The notes beneath the pieces are model-generated. The model saw nothing but the letters and a program-made list of their open reading frames with translations. It did not search any database and was not told the DNA's origin. The translations under genes and the position numbers were made by a program. Source: Paramicrosporidium saccamoebae KSL3 (taxonomy: Eukaryota; Fungi; Cryptomycota). Taken from it: DNA of 32,000 nt. Below are positions 1 to 10,660 of this stretch, piece after piece (the first letter of the stretch is position 1; each line of letters begins with the position of its first letter). The stretch spans positions 84,374 to 116,373 of the forward strand of contig MTSL01000219.1 in assembly GCA_002794465.1 (NCBI GenBank), in the 5' to 3' direction.

Positions 1-882
1 GACTTTGACTGTGTGTCCAAGGAGATAGTTGTCCGCAGCTTTTGTCTCTTTAATCTTGGGAGCAACACGCTTGTTCCAGAACCATAAGGCTGTGCGCCAT
101 GCACCTTCGGGCTTGGCCGCAAGAGAAGGATCTGTGACCAGACGATCATCTTTGTAAATATCTGTGCTGGCCTCCTTGTAGTTGTAATCCCATGTAAGTT
201 GAAGACATCCGCGTCCATAATATTTACCATATGCACAGGATCCTGTCTTGCAGGCAACTTCTTCGAAATGCTGTAAACCTGCTGTCTCCCAGATGACATT
301 GGCCAAGAAGAGTGCCTGTTCCTTCAAAGACATGTCTTTGGACACATTTTTAACATATGCATCATAGATGTCCTTGCTTGGTGCCGGTGGAGTACCTCCG
401 GCACTAGTTTTTGCATATCCATTGATTGCAGCCACAAACTGTTCAAATGTGGGCTCCTGGCCGCCACCACCACCTCCGGATGAAGCACCGCCACTTGATG
501 CAGATCCTGAAGGTGTAGATCCCGAGGGTGTGGACCCCGATGACGCCGATCCTGACGGCGAAGATGCACCAGAAGCGGCAGGAGCAGCAGGGGTAGAGCT
601 TGATCCACCAGCAGAAGCGGCTGTTGGAGTACAACTTGGTGACGGTGCTGATCCTGATGGAGCGCCTCCTGCGGGGGCATTACTCGCAGGGGCACTACTT
701 GTTGGAGCATCACCTGCAGGAGCGTTGCTTGATGGGGCCGCCCCACCTCCACCTCCACCGCTACCGCCACCTTTCAGCAATTCTTGGAAATTGGACTTGC
801 CAAGATCTGGGCCATTCACGGGGAGAGCAATAGTGTATTGGAGAAAGACTGCGAGTGTAGGTAACAAAAGCGTTGGCTTCAT
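1..882 (-). CDS. Secreted glycoside hydrolase family 19 chitinase; 3' end runs off the left edge of the window (294 codons visible)
   Basis: Manual translation from ATG at 882 is open to position 1, so the ORF track omits it. It reads MKPTLLLPTLAVFLQYTIALP (signal-peptide-like), then about 100 aa of Ser/Gly/Ala/Pro-rich linker, then GH19 motifs ALFLANVIWETAGLQHFEE, YYGRGCLQLTWDYNY and DPSLAAKPEGAWRTALWFW. Confidence 0.9.
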   Translation of the reverse strand, partial: MKPTLLLPTLAVFLQYTIALPVNGPDLGKSNFQELLKGGGSGGGGGGAAPSSNAPAGDAPTSSAPASNAPAGGAPSGSAPSPSCTPTAASAGGSSSTPAAPAASGASSPSGSASSGSTPSGSTPSGSASSGGASSGGGGGGQEPTFEQFVAAINGYAKTSAGGTPPAPSKDIYDAYVKNVSKDMSLKEQALFLANVIWETAGLQHFEEVACKTGSCAYGKYYGRGCLQLTWDYNYKEASTDIYKDDRLVTDPSLAAKPEGAWRTALWFWNKRVAPKIKETKAADNYLLGHTVKV

Positions 883-1272
883 TGAAATGTCTAATCTCGA
901 AGTGATCCTAGTCTTATCCGGAACCTCTCACTCTTACATTGTGTTACTAGGAACCTCTGCCATCACAGGAGGGTATCTAATTTCTCTTGCAAAGCATGAA
1001 CTTGTATAGGTTCTGAAAAATTATCCAAAGCATATGATTGGTCGTACACACTACATTTTTGATAATTTGCACCAACCAGCGCGTGCCGTTCTGCTTAAGG
1101 GTCTCTAGTCAGTATTATTAGAGAATGCATCATATATATACGAGCCAAAGATCAGATGTACCCGTAAAGGCACCACATGCTTTAATAAAACAACCACTCA
1201 TTCAGAGGGAACATGTATTTCAGCGCAGCTTATTGCTGCCAATGTTGTGTATTTATTTAAATGTCACACACA

Positions 1273-3166
1273 TTACTCTGTGAGATTTCGGAACTTTTCC
1301 TCAATTTCCTTGTTCAACTTTGAGAATTTCTCCATTACAACTTGCTCGCCCTGAGCGGGATCTTCAAACTTTTGGGAAGTGATACGATACATCATGTCTC
1401 CAGTGAGTTCACGAATCTTGGACCAGGTAATGGCACCGGCACTAGTCTCAACGGCATGAACGGCAGATTCATAGAAAAGAATAGTGTTGCGGAGCATCCC
1501 AATGGTCTTGTAGAGGGGACAGAAGCGATCGTAGTTCGAGTAGCCATTCTGCTGCAAAAAGTCTTCCTTGAGCAGTTTGGCAACATCCAAGGTAATCTTA
1601 TCTGCCTCAGCTAGGGCCGACTTTCCAACAAGCTGCACGATTTCGGCCAAATCTTCTTCCATTTGGAGAATCTCTTTGGCGCGAGTTCGCAGACGAACAA
1701 AATCGGGATCAAGCTCGTCATAGTAGGGCTCCAAGGCCTTGATGTATTTTGAGTAGGAGAGGGACCAGTTGACTGAGGGAAAGTGTTTTCTCTGAGCAAG
1801 CTTCTTGTCTAGTCCCCAAAAGACCTGAACAATACCGAGAGTGGCCGACGTGACGGGGTCCGAAAAATCACCGCCAGGAGGAGAGACAGCCCCAACAATG
1901 GTGACGGATCCCTCGCGAGACGGATTACCAAGACACTTTGAGCGTCCAGCACGCTCATAGAAGGAAGCCAGACGAGCACCAAGATAGGCAGGGTAGCCAC
2001 TGTCTGCAGGCATTTCTGCCAAACGACCAGAAATTTCACGAAGAGCCTCAGCCCAGCGACTGGTAGAATCCGCCATCATTGCAACGTGTTTGCCTTGATC
2101 ACGGAAATACTCAGCAAGCGTGATTCCCGTGTAGATGGAAGCTTCACGAGCAGCTACGGGCATGTTAGAGGTGTTTGCAACCAGAGTGGTTCTCTTCATG
2201 ATGGACTCTGTGGTTCCATCGGCAGTTTTAATGGTCAGAGTAGGAAAGTCCATCATAACTTCAGCCATTTCATTGCCACGTTCACCACATCCGACATAGA
2301 CAATCACATCAGAGTTACTATACTTTGACAATGACTGAGAAATGACAGTTTTGCCGCATCCAAACGCTCCAGGAATGGCCGTAGTACCGCCTTGCACGCA
2401 AGGGAAGAGGGCATCGAGGACACGCTGACCCGTGATGAGCGGAGTGCAAGCCGGCAGCTTCTCAGCCACGGGACGGGGAGTACGCACAGGCCAAACTTGC
2501 AGCATGGTAAATTTGCTCTTTACTCCCTCAAATTCAGCCTCCAAAATGGTATCGTCAAGGGTGTAGTTTCCTGCGGGAGCAACATATGTTACCGTTCCAC
2601 GAGCCTTTGGGGGGACGATGATGGGATGGTGAACCAAAGTATTCTCTGGAACCACACCAATAATGTCTCCTCCGCTGATGTGGGCACCAACCCGCATGCT
2701 AGCATCAGGTTGGAATTCCCACGAAACAGTGCGACTGAGAGCAGTAGGGTTGACTCCTCTGGGAATGTAGATGGACCCGGAGATTGCCTGGATAGCATCC
2801 AAAGGACGCTGAATTCCATCAAAAATGTTGCCGCAGAGACCCGGACCAAGTTCAACACAGAGAGGCTTTCCCGTCCTCAACACGGGGTCTCCGGCAGTTA
2901 GTCCTGATGTCTCTTCGTACACCTGGATGGTTGCTTTGTCCTTGTCAATTCTAATGACTTCTCCCAGGAGCTCCTCGTGTCCAACACGCACAAGCTCGTA
3001 CATGGCAGAACCCGCCATTCCTTCAGCGACCACGACGGGTCCTGACACGGAGAACACGTAACCATACTGACTTTCGCGTTCTGCGTCCCTCACTAGCGGG
3101 AGCCTTTCAATACCGCGCGTCACTACTTCCTACAGTACATTAGTAATTGAAAGGTTATCATACCAT
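1273..3166 (-). CDS. VMA1: V-type H+-ATPase catalytic subunit A, about 619 aa; exon 1 is the ATG alone (3164-3166), intron 3130-3163
   Basis: GPVVVAE, P-loop [30 protein letters not shown] and DSGYPAYL motifs. The track start is a GTG. A 34-nt GTATGA...TACTAAT...TAG intron joins an upstream ATG in frame ([10 protein letters not shown]). No intein. Confidence 0.97.
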
Positions 3167-3257
3167 GACGAAGGGTCTTCCTTGCGAGGTCTAACAACAC
3201 TCGGATACCCTGGAAAGGTTTTTCCAAACGGAGGAGTCAGCCAGGGACGACGGGCTT

Positions 3258-3734
3258 ATGGGCATTACCCGAGATCTTAGTAAAGTTGCCGAGCAGCCGC
3301 TCAAGCTGCTCCCCACCCGACAGGAGCGCATCAACCACAAGAAACAACGGAATACACAGGACAGCACTGGTCCAGCATGGTTCAACATGGCCGCTGCTGA
3401 TATCACACCGGAACTGGAAAAGGACGTCAAACTTTTACAGATGCGCGCCGCTTTGGATCCAAAGCAACATTACAAAAAGGGCGAGCGTATTTTGCAGGGA
3501 AAGTATTTTCAGGTGGGCACCGTGGTGAATGATGCCACCAGTCATTATTCGCACAGACTGACAAAGAGACAACAAGGCGGAACTGTCCTTGATACCCTGA
3601 TGAGGGACACCAAACGACAACAATATTTCAAGAAGAAATACAATGCTCTTCAGGAGGCCTCTGTAAAAGCCGGCAAGGCTCCATATTTAAAACGAAAACA
3701 GAAGCAACAGCCGTGGAAGTATGCAAAGGAATAA
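3258..3734 (+). CDS. FCF2: Fcf2 pre-rRNA processing protein (DNTTIP2-like); start approximate
   Basis: WFNM...PELEKDVKLLQMRAALDPKQHYKK, KYFQVGTVV and RLTKRQQGGTVLDTLM match the Fcf2 domain. Confidence 0.85.
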   Translation: MGITRDLSKVAEQPLKLLPTRQERINHKKQRNTQDSTGPAWFNMAAADITPELEKDVKLLQMRAALDPKQHYKKGERILQGKYFQVGTVVNDATSHYSHRLTKRQQGGTVLDTLMRDTKRQQYFKKKYNALQEASVKAGKAPYLKRKQKQQPWKYAKE

Positions 3735-3801
3735 ACCATGTATTTTTGCACTTTTTACACTGGATTTAACGTACTGTACAGTAGATTTATTATGTCGTGC
3801 C

Positions 3802-4308
3802 TCATCTATTCCTAACTTTTTGAGCAGGTGTTGTCCATGCTGGATCAGAGGATGGACGCTTTTTACGCGAACTGGACACTACAGATGACAGATTTGGTGA
3901 TTTCTTGGTGGAGCCAATGCTGATTGGATTGAGTACTCGCTCACGAGTTAGTCTGGAATGGACTGCCAAAGCCCTTGGATGCGATGAAGAGGTGTGTGAG
4001 AAGAGCCGATCACCGTCACGAACCTCACGAGAGCCTTGACGTCTGCTCAACGCAGAGGACGCACCCAAGTATCCCTCCAATCCATTCAATAGCGAGCCAA
4101 ACAGACTAGTTTCTCGAAAATATTCAGTTTCCACGGCATGGATTCTAGCTTCCAAGTCGATAATGTGCAAGTCAGTGCGACGTTTCCTGTCTATTAGACG
4201 CTGAATTTCTTTCTCTAGGTCGACTAACTCTTCCGTAGTCGGGACGGTCACAAGAGGCGCCTCTGCAACCTTGACAGTGGGAGGAATGTCGGACCCCGCC
4301 TGCTCCAT
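3802..4308 (-). CDS. EAF6: NuA4 histone acetyltransferase subunit Eaf6 (MEAF6)
   Basis: Coiled coil LEKEIQRLIDRKR...DLEARIHAVETEYF, then GSLLNGLEGYL and DGDRLFSHTS, followed by a basic tail. Confidence 0.85.
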   Translation of the reverse strand: MEQAGSDIPPTVKVAEAPLVTVPTTEELVDLEKEIQRLIDRKRRTDLHIIDLEARIHAVETEYFRETSLFGSLLNGLEGYLGASSALSRRQGSREVRDGDRLFSHTSSSHPRALAVHSRLTRERVLNPISIGSTKKSPNLSSVVSSSRKKRPSSDPAWTTPAQKVRNR

Positions 4309-4352
4309 TATAGATAATTTGAATTATCCTTATCCCACTAGATTCCATTGCT

Positions 4353-5776
4353 ATGGCACCACCTCGTGAGGATTGGGAGAAGAGTAAGGACCGCTGAATG
4401 GCTGTAAAATTGTAGGTGGTCGTTCTAAGGAGGGACCCTCTGAGAAAATCACTGCCTTGGACGAGGGCGATATTGCCTTGCTAAAGAGCTACGTAACCTC
4501 CATGTGTGTCTGGCTTACTCTTGTAGGGACAAGGTCCATATGCAACAGACATTAAAAAGACTGAAAAGGGCGTGCAGGAAGTCCTCAAGCGAGTCAATGA
4601 GAAGCTCGGTACGGCCGCAGAGCTTACAAAACTAATATTACAGGTGTAAAGGAAAGCGAGACAGGACTGGCCCCGCCTAACTTGTGGGACTTGCCAGCAG
4701 ATAAACGACGTGTACAGGAAGAGCAAACGCTGCAAGTTGCACGGTGCACTAAACTCATTGAAAAGGCTGCTGACCCAGTGCTTGGGTCGGAGGCCGAGAC
4801 GCAGTACATGATTAATGTCAAGCAGATTGGAAAGTTTGTGGTTGGATTGGGGAAACGCGTAGCACCCACTGATGTGGAGGAAGGAATGCGTGTTGGTGTG
4901 GATAGGAACAAGTATCAGATTCAGATTCCACTTCCACCCAAGATTGACCCCACGGTCACAATGATGCAGGTTGAGGAAAAGCCAGATATTACCTACAATG
5001 ACATTGGAGGCTGCAAGGAACAGATTGAACGCATCCGTGAAGTTGTAGAGACTCCTCTTTTGCATCCCGAAAAGTACGTGACTCTTGGTATTGACCCACC
5101 AAAGGGTGTGCTTCTCTACGGCCCACCCGGGACTGGAAAGACTCTTTGTGCACGTGCAGTGGCTAACCGAACCGATGCGACCTTTATTCGCGTCATTGGA
5201 AGCGAACTTGTCCAGAAATATGTCGGCGAAGGTGCAAGGATGGTCCGCGAGATTTTTGAAATGGCCAGAGCCCGCAAAGCCTGCATCATTTTCTTTGATG
5301 AGGTTGATGCGTTTGGGGGCACTCGTTTCGACGATGGCGCTGGGGGCGACAATGAGGTTCAGCGCACTATGCTTGAGCTGATCAACCAACTGGATGGTTT
5401 TGATCCTCGTGGCAATATCAAAGTCCTGATGGCGACCAATCGTCCCGACACTCTTGATCCTGCACTTACACGTCCAGGTCGTCTTGATCGTCGAGTAGAG
5501 TTTGGATTGCCAGACTTGGCGGGTCGGGCCCAGATTCTGCGAATCCACGCCAAAAGCATGAATGTGGAACGCAACATTCGTTATGAATTGATTGCCCGTC
5601 TCTGTCCCAACTCGACGGGCGCCGAATTGAGGTCCGTATGTACTGAGGCTGGTATGTTTGCTATTCGTGCTCGTCGCAAATTGGCCACTGAGAAGGATTT
5701 CCTGATGTCGGTTGAAAAGGTCATCAAGGCCTATGCCAAATTTAGTTCCACCCCCAAGTATATGACGCATAATTAG
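4353..5776 (+). CDS. RPT1: 26S proteasome AAA-ATPase Rpt1 (PSMC2), 440 aa; exons 4353-4383, 4416-4492, 4527-4608, 4644-5776
   Basis: Three introns (32, 34, 35 nt) restore the N-terminus [10 protein letters not shown]...[14 protein letters not shown]...[17 protein letters not shown]. Walker [14 protein letters not shown] and EVQRTMLEL are present. Confidence 0.97.
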
Positions 5777-6072
5777 TAAAAGTTCTCGTGAGGTAATTTG
5801 ATGTCAATTATATGGAAAAGTCAACTCGATCCAAATTTAGTTTATTCTATCAACCTGCACATTGAGGTAGCCTGATGCTGATGACAATAATAAAGCTTCC
5901 ATTTGGAAGTAAAGCCCTAACATGATCTAGCGTATATTATGAGCCAACCACGCAATTTGAGGCCGTATCACGACAATGAAATTTCCATTTTGGGAAGAGG
6001 AAGCTGATTCGATCCGGATTCAGTTTACGTTATCAACCAACCCCTTTCCCAACGGCGACCCGGCACCCACGG

Positions 6073-7455
6073 ATGGCACCCAAGCGTTCTGCAGACCTTC
6101 GAACCTTTTTCCGTCATCGACGAAGAGTTGTGCCTTTGAAGGAGGCCGACTTTGTCGCCGATAAACCAAAGGCGTTGGTGGGTAGGAATCCGCTCTATGC
6201 GGCGCCGTCGGGGTTGGGAGAACTTGCTGTTGACTTTGACATCCGCAGTGAGGGAGAGACTTCTCCAAGCATGTCCTCGTACTTAGAATTGGTAAAAAGC
6301 GACCCGAACAAGTATTATGTCGAGGAACTGTCAAAGTTGACATTGTTGGTAAAGTCTATTGGTCTTGTAGATCTCGAGATCCCCAATGACGCATCCACAC
6401 TTGTCCTGCGGCTAGTCAGGAAGTTGCTGCTGTCCGAGCTGCAAAGAATTGCCAGTCAGGATGAAGATGAAGAGTCCACTGACACTATTGAACGTTGGCT
6501 CTCGTCCAATGGTTTCTGGTGCGGAATGACTATGATTTCCAAAGTTATTGACTCACGAGCCATTGTGACAGATCTTGCTCCAACCATCTCTTGGGATGTC
6601 TTTATGCTAATCGAGTCGGTGATAAAGGCAGAGCCGCTGATTGGAATTGACAGTATCATTTCAGGACTGTTAGTTTCACAAGAGAGACTGCTCCTACATT
6701 ACACAGTGTGGCAGGGTGACTTGATCTATACGCTGTTACAGCGTGAGCGAACCCCACCAGTTACCCGTTCCCGGTGCAACTCAGTGTCGTCTCCTGGAAA
6801 AGCATTACATGCCATTACCCATCCTGTCCCTGCAGGTGTCACTCCTCTCGAGTTCTTCTTCCGCAAGTTCCTTCGTGCTGCCGCTGCCATCGTAGAACAT
6901 CTGGCTGTCTCCTTGGATCTCAGTGTTCAGGTCAGACAGGCGAGTTGGACTTTATTTGTCAGTGCGATTGAGGAAGAGTCGAGTTTGCGCATGATGCACA
7001 ATAGACATTTGTTGACTGTCATGGCTTGTACGGTCTATTCCACGGCCAAGCTCTTTGACGAGGATCGATCATTTGCGCAGATCATTGCAACCATACAGCG
7101 ACAGTATCCCACTCTTGGTGAGGATTGGTATCGCAATGTGCCATTGGACGATGCCACAGAGCAGTCTGATTTGGTCATTTTCTATAATATGTTGTATTTA
7201 GAACGCATGCGTGGACGCATCTATGCCCTGAATGCCTCCCCGGATACTCCTGTGAAGCATCTACCTGGCACTCCATTCCCAAAGACCTTGGGAAGTGTGG
7301 CATTGTCGAGGAACGTAACCCTCGATGTCTCACCTGGTCCGCTCAAACATGCCACCGGCACCCCCACATGTATAGCCATTCTTGGGAATCTGGGGGCGCG
7401 CCGTCGCCCAGTCAGTTCCTCGCCTAACAAAGTTGCCCGTCGTCTACACTTTTAG
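6073..7455 (+). CDS. Retinoblastoma-family pocket protein (RB_A + RB_B), compact, 460 aa
   Basis: Pocket A-like WDVFMLIESVIKAEP...QERLLLHYTVW. Pocket B-like LEFFFRKFLRAA...WTLF...MMHNRHLLTVMACTVYSTAKL and VIFYNMLYLERMR. Ten S/T-P sites and a C-terminal RRLHF motif. Confidence 0.85.
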   Translation: MAPKRSADLRTFFRHRRRVVPLKEADFVADKPKALVGRNPLYAAPSGLGELAVDFDIRSEGETSPSMSSYLELVKSDPNKYYVEELSKLTLLVKSIGLVDLEIPNDASTLVLRLVRKLLLSELQRIASQDEDEESTDTIERWLSSNGFWCGMTMISKVIDSRAIVTDLAPTISWDVFMLIESVIKAEPLIGIDSIISGLLVSQERLLLHYTVWQGDLIYTLLQRERTPPVTRSRCNSVSSPGKALHAITHPVPAGVTPLEFFFRKFLRAAAAIVEHLAVSLDLSVQVRQASWTLFVSAIEEESSLRMMHNRHLLTVMACTVYSTAKLFDEDRSFAQIIATIQRQYPTLGEDWYRNVPLDDATEQSDLVIFYNMLYLERMRGRIYALNASPDTPVKHLPGTPFPKTLGSVALSRNVTLDVSPGPLKHATGTPTCIAILGNLGARRRPVSSSPNKVARRLHF

Positions 7456-7486
7456 TCGGACGTAATAAAATTTATATATATATGCG

Positions 7487-7788
7487 CTACGCAGGGAGAG
7501 CAGTTATGAGGGTAATGTTGTCGCCCTTCAAGAGCAGCCGTCCCAGTTCGGTACGGGTTCCCTTCTTAACAGACACTTCCACAACCTCGTCGAGGGTCAG
7601 ATTCATAAACTCATCAAAGCCAAGGATCTGGCCTTCCATGCGAAGGTCGGGATTGTCGTACAGCCAGACGCAAACACGAGTCTTGTTCTGTAGGTACCTG
7701 AATATCAGGCTCTATATGGAGTGGTTAGAATCCAGCCAGAGAGGGATACGATAGGCTGAAACATGATCTTTTGGACTCGGGTGGCCAT
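7487..7788 (-). CDS. SME1: Small nuclear ribonucleoprotein SmE, 87 aa; exons 7750-7788 and 7487-7711, intron 7712-7749
   Basis: Absent from the ORF track. The spliced translation is [55 protein letters not shown]...GRLLLKGDNITLI, with Sm1 and Sm2 motifs. The 38-nt intron has a TTCTAAC branch site. Confidence 0.95.
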
Positions 7789-8444
7789 TGTAGAGAGTGA
7801 GGTCCAACCCTGGTGCAACTGGGCGAATGAATGAGTGAATGAGTGAATTTATTTACAACCATCAGCAATATGAGCAAGCATATCCAAAGCGGATAAATGT
7901 TGCAAACGCATAGAATATGAAACTACAAGTATCGTCTTGTGATAGAAACATTACATTATATTAGTTATGTAATAGCTGCATCGTCGTGGATGTCACTCTT
8001 GCAGGACATGAAAGTAGATCCAAGGTGACTGCTCAGTCGCAGATCATTAGCCATTGAGCGCATATCATTCCCGTTTACTCTTTATCGTGTCGAGTTTGCT
8101 ATAATAGAGGGGTTAGCCTTAGGCGTAGTCCCACCTACGTGTTGTAGTAGAGACCAAAGCATTGTTTTGCTAAGACCTGATGCCATAGAGAATGCTAATA
8201 TTACATAGAATGTCAATCCCACACGGAATGCCACTGAGTGTCTACAAGCACCTACCTCTCAGGAATCACCATAAATATTCTCTTTAAAAAAGTGATCCCA
8301 ACATCTGTAGCCACGGCGACACTACATCCCTAATTTTGGGCCCATTCCACATCCCTCTGGTCCACCTGTTAAAGTTCTTTACTATGCAATCACGAGTCAC
8401 CAAGATTTCAACCCATTAAATAGACTCGTCGACCGGGCCATGCC

Positions 8445-8773
8445 ATGTCCGGTGTGGACGAAGAGCTCGTTCGCAAGATAAATGAGGCGTTGATAACTTC
8501 GGGTGAACGGGACCGACTAAAACAGCTGGTGAGGGAAAAGTTGACAAAAGCCGGCTGGTATGACAGTATCCGAGCCGAGGCTGACAGTATCCAGTGGTGG
8601 GGTCGACTGACCTTGTAGGAGAGGTGAAGGCCAGGAATGTAGATAGCATTACCCCGCAAGAATTATCCACAATTCTATACCCCAAGGCTAGCGACCTCAT
8701 TCCAACACAAGTACGAACAGAGTTGGAGGGCGAAATCCGGCAATTCCTTGATGCCCATATCCGTATCGCCTAG
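8445..8773 (+). CDS. SUS1: Sus1/ENY2 (SAGA DUB module and TREX-2), 98 aa; intron 8587-8618
   Basis: Absent from the ORF track. The spliced translation is MSGVDEELVRKINEALITSGERDRLKQLVREKLTKAGWYDSIR...ASDLIPTQVRTELEGEIRQFL. The 32-nt intron has a CTGAC branch site. Confidence 0.92.
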
Positions 8774-8925
8774 TTATTGGCAATATAATTTTGAATACCA
8801 CTCTATGTATGTACTGGTCCAATTAATTTACTAGCAACTAAGCTCAAGGGAGGACCAATGATGGATGAGGGAATATCGTGCGACTTGTTGAATGTTACTG
8901 GCTGCCTCGGTCCGAATCCACACCG

Positions 8926-10584
8926 ATGCCCCAATCAACAACCACAACGCACAAGACCGCTCTTATTAACCGTATCCGTCGTCGCCGTGTCCACCTCGGT
9001 GTTGGCTTGGGCATGCCACAAACAGATGTTTCAGCAGCGCCGTACGAGGAGACCCATCTGATAAGGGTTATACTCCAGTCGCTCCGTGAACATGGCTTTA
9101 GTCGGGCGGCAGCATCTTTGGAGGAAGAATCGGGCGTGAAATTGGAATTGTCGTCCGTGACTCTATTCAGAGAGGCGGTTCTTGGTGGAAACTATGATAC
9201 GGCCTTGGAACTTGTGCCCGAGATGGTTCCCAAATTATCGGAAAAAAGTCTGAGATTGATTAGCTTTCTGATTGAAAGGGAGAGATATTTAGAGCTACTT
9301 GAGAGCCGAAAGGTCCAGGACGCCTTAAAATGTCTCCGAAACAGCGTCACACCGAATACGGACAATTTGGCCGAAATCCAAACGTTGGCTGCATTGATTA
9401 CTGTCAGTGGCGATTTGATCGAACTGCAAAGTCGGGCAAATTGGATTGGAACTGGTCGGGCTGCCCGTCAACAGCTCCTCTCCTGTCTTCAACCGTGCTT
9501 GCCCAATTCTTTAATGTTGCCTGAGAAACGAATGGAGCAACTATTGGGACAGGCATATAAAACCCAGGTTGCCCAGTGTCCCATTCATTACTTGAGAAAT
9601 CCAAACACATGTTCCCATCTGATTGACGGGATTCTCTCAGACCATCAATGCGATGGCGGATCTTCAAGCTTCCATATGCTCAAAAAGCTGGCTGGACACC
9701 ACGATGAAGTCTGGTTTGCATCAGTTTCCACCAGCGGAGAGTTCCTTGCTACTGCATCTCGTGATCACAGCGTGATTATCTGGGATCTTCCCCATGGCAA
9801 TATTGTCTATACTCTCAAAGATCATGCGGCGGGAGTGATCCACGTCGCTTGGAGTCCCGATGACAAATATCTATTGACTTGTTCACTTGATTCACGCGCA
9901 CGTCTTTGGGATATGCAGACGGGCGATTGCATCCGGATCTTTATGCTAAATAACGAGGCGGCGGCGGGAGTTTGGTCTTCTGATGGAAGTGCCATTATAG
10001 TGGCAAGCCAAGATGGGAGTTTGACTCGCTTCTCCAAGGACGGCATGGCCGCTATGAGGAGATCCCTTCGATGCATAGATCTGATTAACCTCAATGGCGA
10101 GCGAATTGCAGCGCTGGACAATCACGGGACCGTTCATATAATTGGCACCAGTGATCTAACCACGTTGACATCGTTCAATGTCAACAAACATTCTTCCGCC
10201 TGTGCCTTGTCAAAGGCTCCGGATGGAGAAGCAATTATAGTATGTGAACTCGATCCTGGCGTTGTTTCCGTGTGGGAACCCAACGTTCTTGACATTTATG
10301 AGCATTCGACAAGTTACGTGGACCACATTAATAAGAAATATGTTATCCGGCCTTGTTTGGCCCGGGAGGATCGAGGAATCATGTCATCCGGAAGTGAGGA
10401 TGGAGTAGTGTATCTGTACCATCGCGAGTCATTGCATGTTGTGCAGCAGCTGAAAGGACACGACAGTGTTGTGAATTGCACCGCCTGGACCGACAGCCAT
10501 GGGGGGATTTTAGTCTCTGTAAGCGACGATCATACTGTCTGTCTCTGGAGCCGACACTGCCAACCACCATCCACGTCCGAATAA
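8926..10584 (+). CDS. GID7: LisH-CTLH-WD40 protein of the GID/CTLH E3 ligase (WDR26/Gid7); start uncertain
   Basis: LisH-like LIRVILQSLREHGFSRAAASLEEESG, CTLH FREAVLGGNYD, LPEKRMEQLLGQA, and WD repeats beginning GHHDEVWFASVS. The first in-frame ATG is at 8926; the track start is a GTG. Confidence 0.85.
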   Translation: MPQSTTTTHKTALINRIRRRRVHLGVGLGMPQTDVSAAPYEETHLIRVILQSLREHGFSRAAASLEEESGVKLELSSVTLFREAVLGGNYDTALELVPEMVPKLSEKSLRLISFLIERERYLELLESRKVQDALKCLRNSVTPNTDNLAEIQTLAALITVSGDLIELQSRANWIGTGRAARQQLLSCLQPCLPNSLMLPEKRMEQLLGQAYKTQVAQCPIHYLRNPNTCSHLIDGILSDHQCDGGSSSFHMLKKLAGHHDEVWFASVSTSGEFLATASRDHSVIIWDLPHGNIVYTLKDHAAGVIHVAWSPDDKYLLTCSLDSRARLWDMQTGDCIRIFMLNNEAAAGVWSSDGSAIIVASQDGSLTRFSKDGMAAMRRSLRCIDLINLNGERIAALDNHGTVHIIGTSDLTTLTSFNVNKHSSACALSKAPDGEAIIVCELDPGVVSVWEPNVLDIYEHSTSYVDHINKKYVIRPCLAREDRGIMSSGSEDGVVYLYHRESLHVVQQLKGHDSVVNCTAWTDSHGGILVSVSDDHTVCLWSRHCQPPSTSE

Positions 10585-10660
10585 GGCAACGAATGCATGT
10601 AGCCTATTGGCTAAGATGGAAATAAATATTGCATTTTGTTTGTTTAATCGCACCAGCCTC

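Noticed and set aside
324-1009. Track ORFs 368-1009 (+, 213 aa) and 324-770 (-, 148 aa)
   Set aside because: They are antisense and alternative-frame shadows of the low-complexity linker of the GH19 gene, whose true frame (ATG 882) carries the conserved motifs.
2270-2320. Possible VMA1 intein (VDE) at the canonical insertion site
   Set aside because: The site [14 protein letters not shown] is uninterrupted and the protein has normal length.
4481-5770. 429-aa antisense ORF opposite RPT1
   Set aside because: It mirrors a highly conserved gene codon for codon, crosses RPT1 introns, and shows no recognisable motifs; this is a common antisense artefact.
5976-6164. 62-aa ORF overlapping the Rb start, as a possible missing Rb 5' exon or uORF
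   Set aside because: It is in a different frame, I found no convincing GT-AG pair of local intron size joining it to Rb, and it has no RbN-like sequence.
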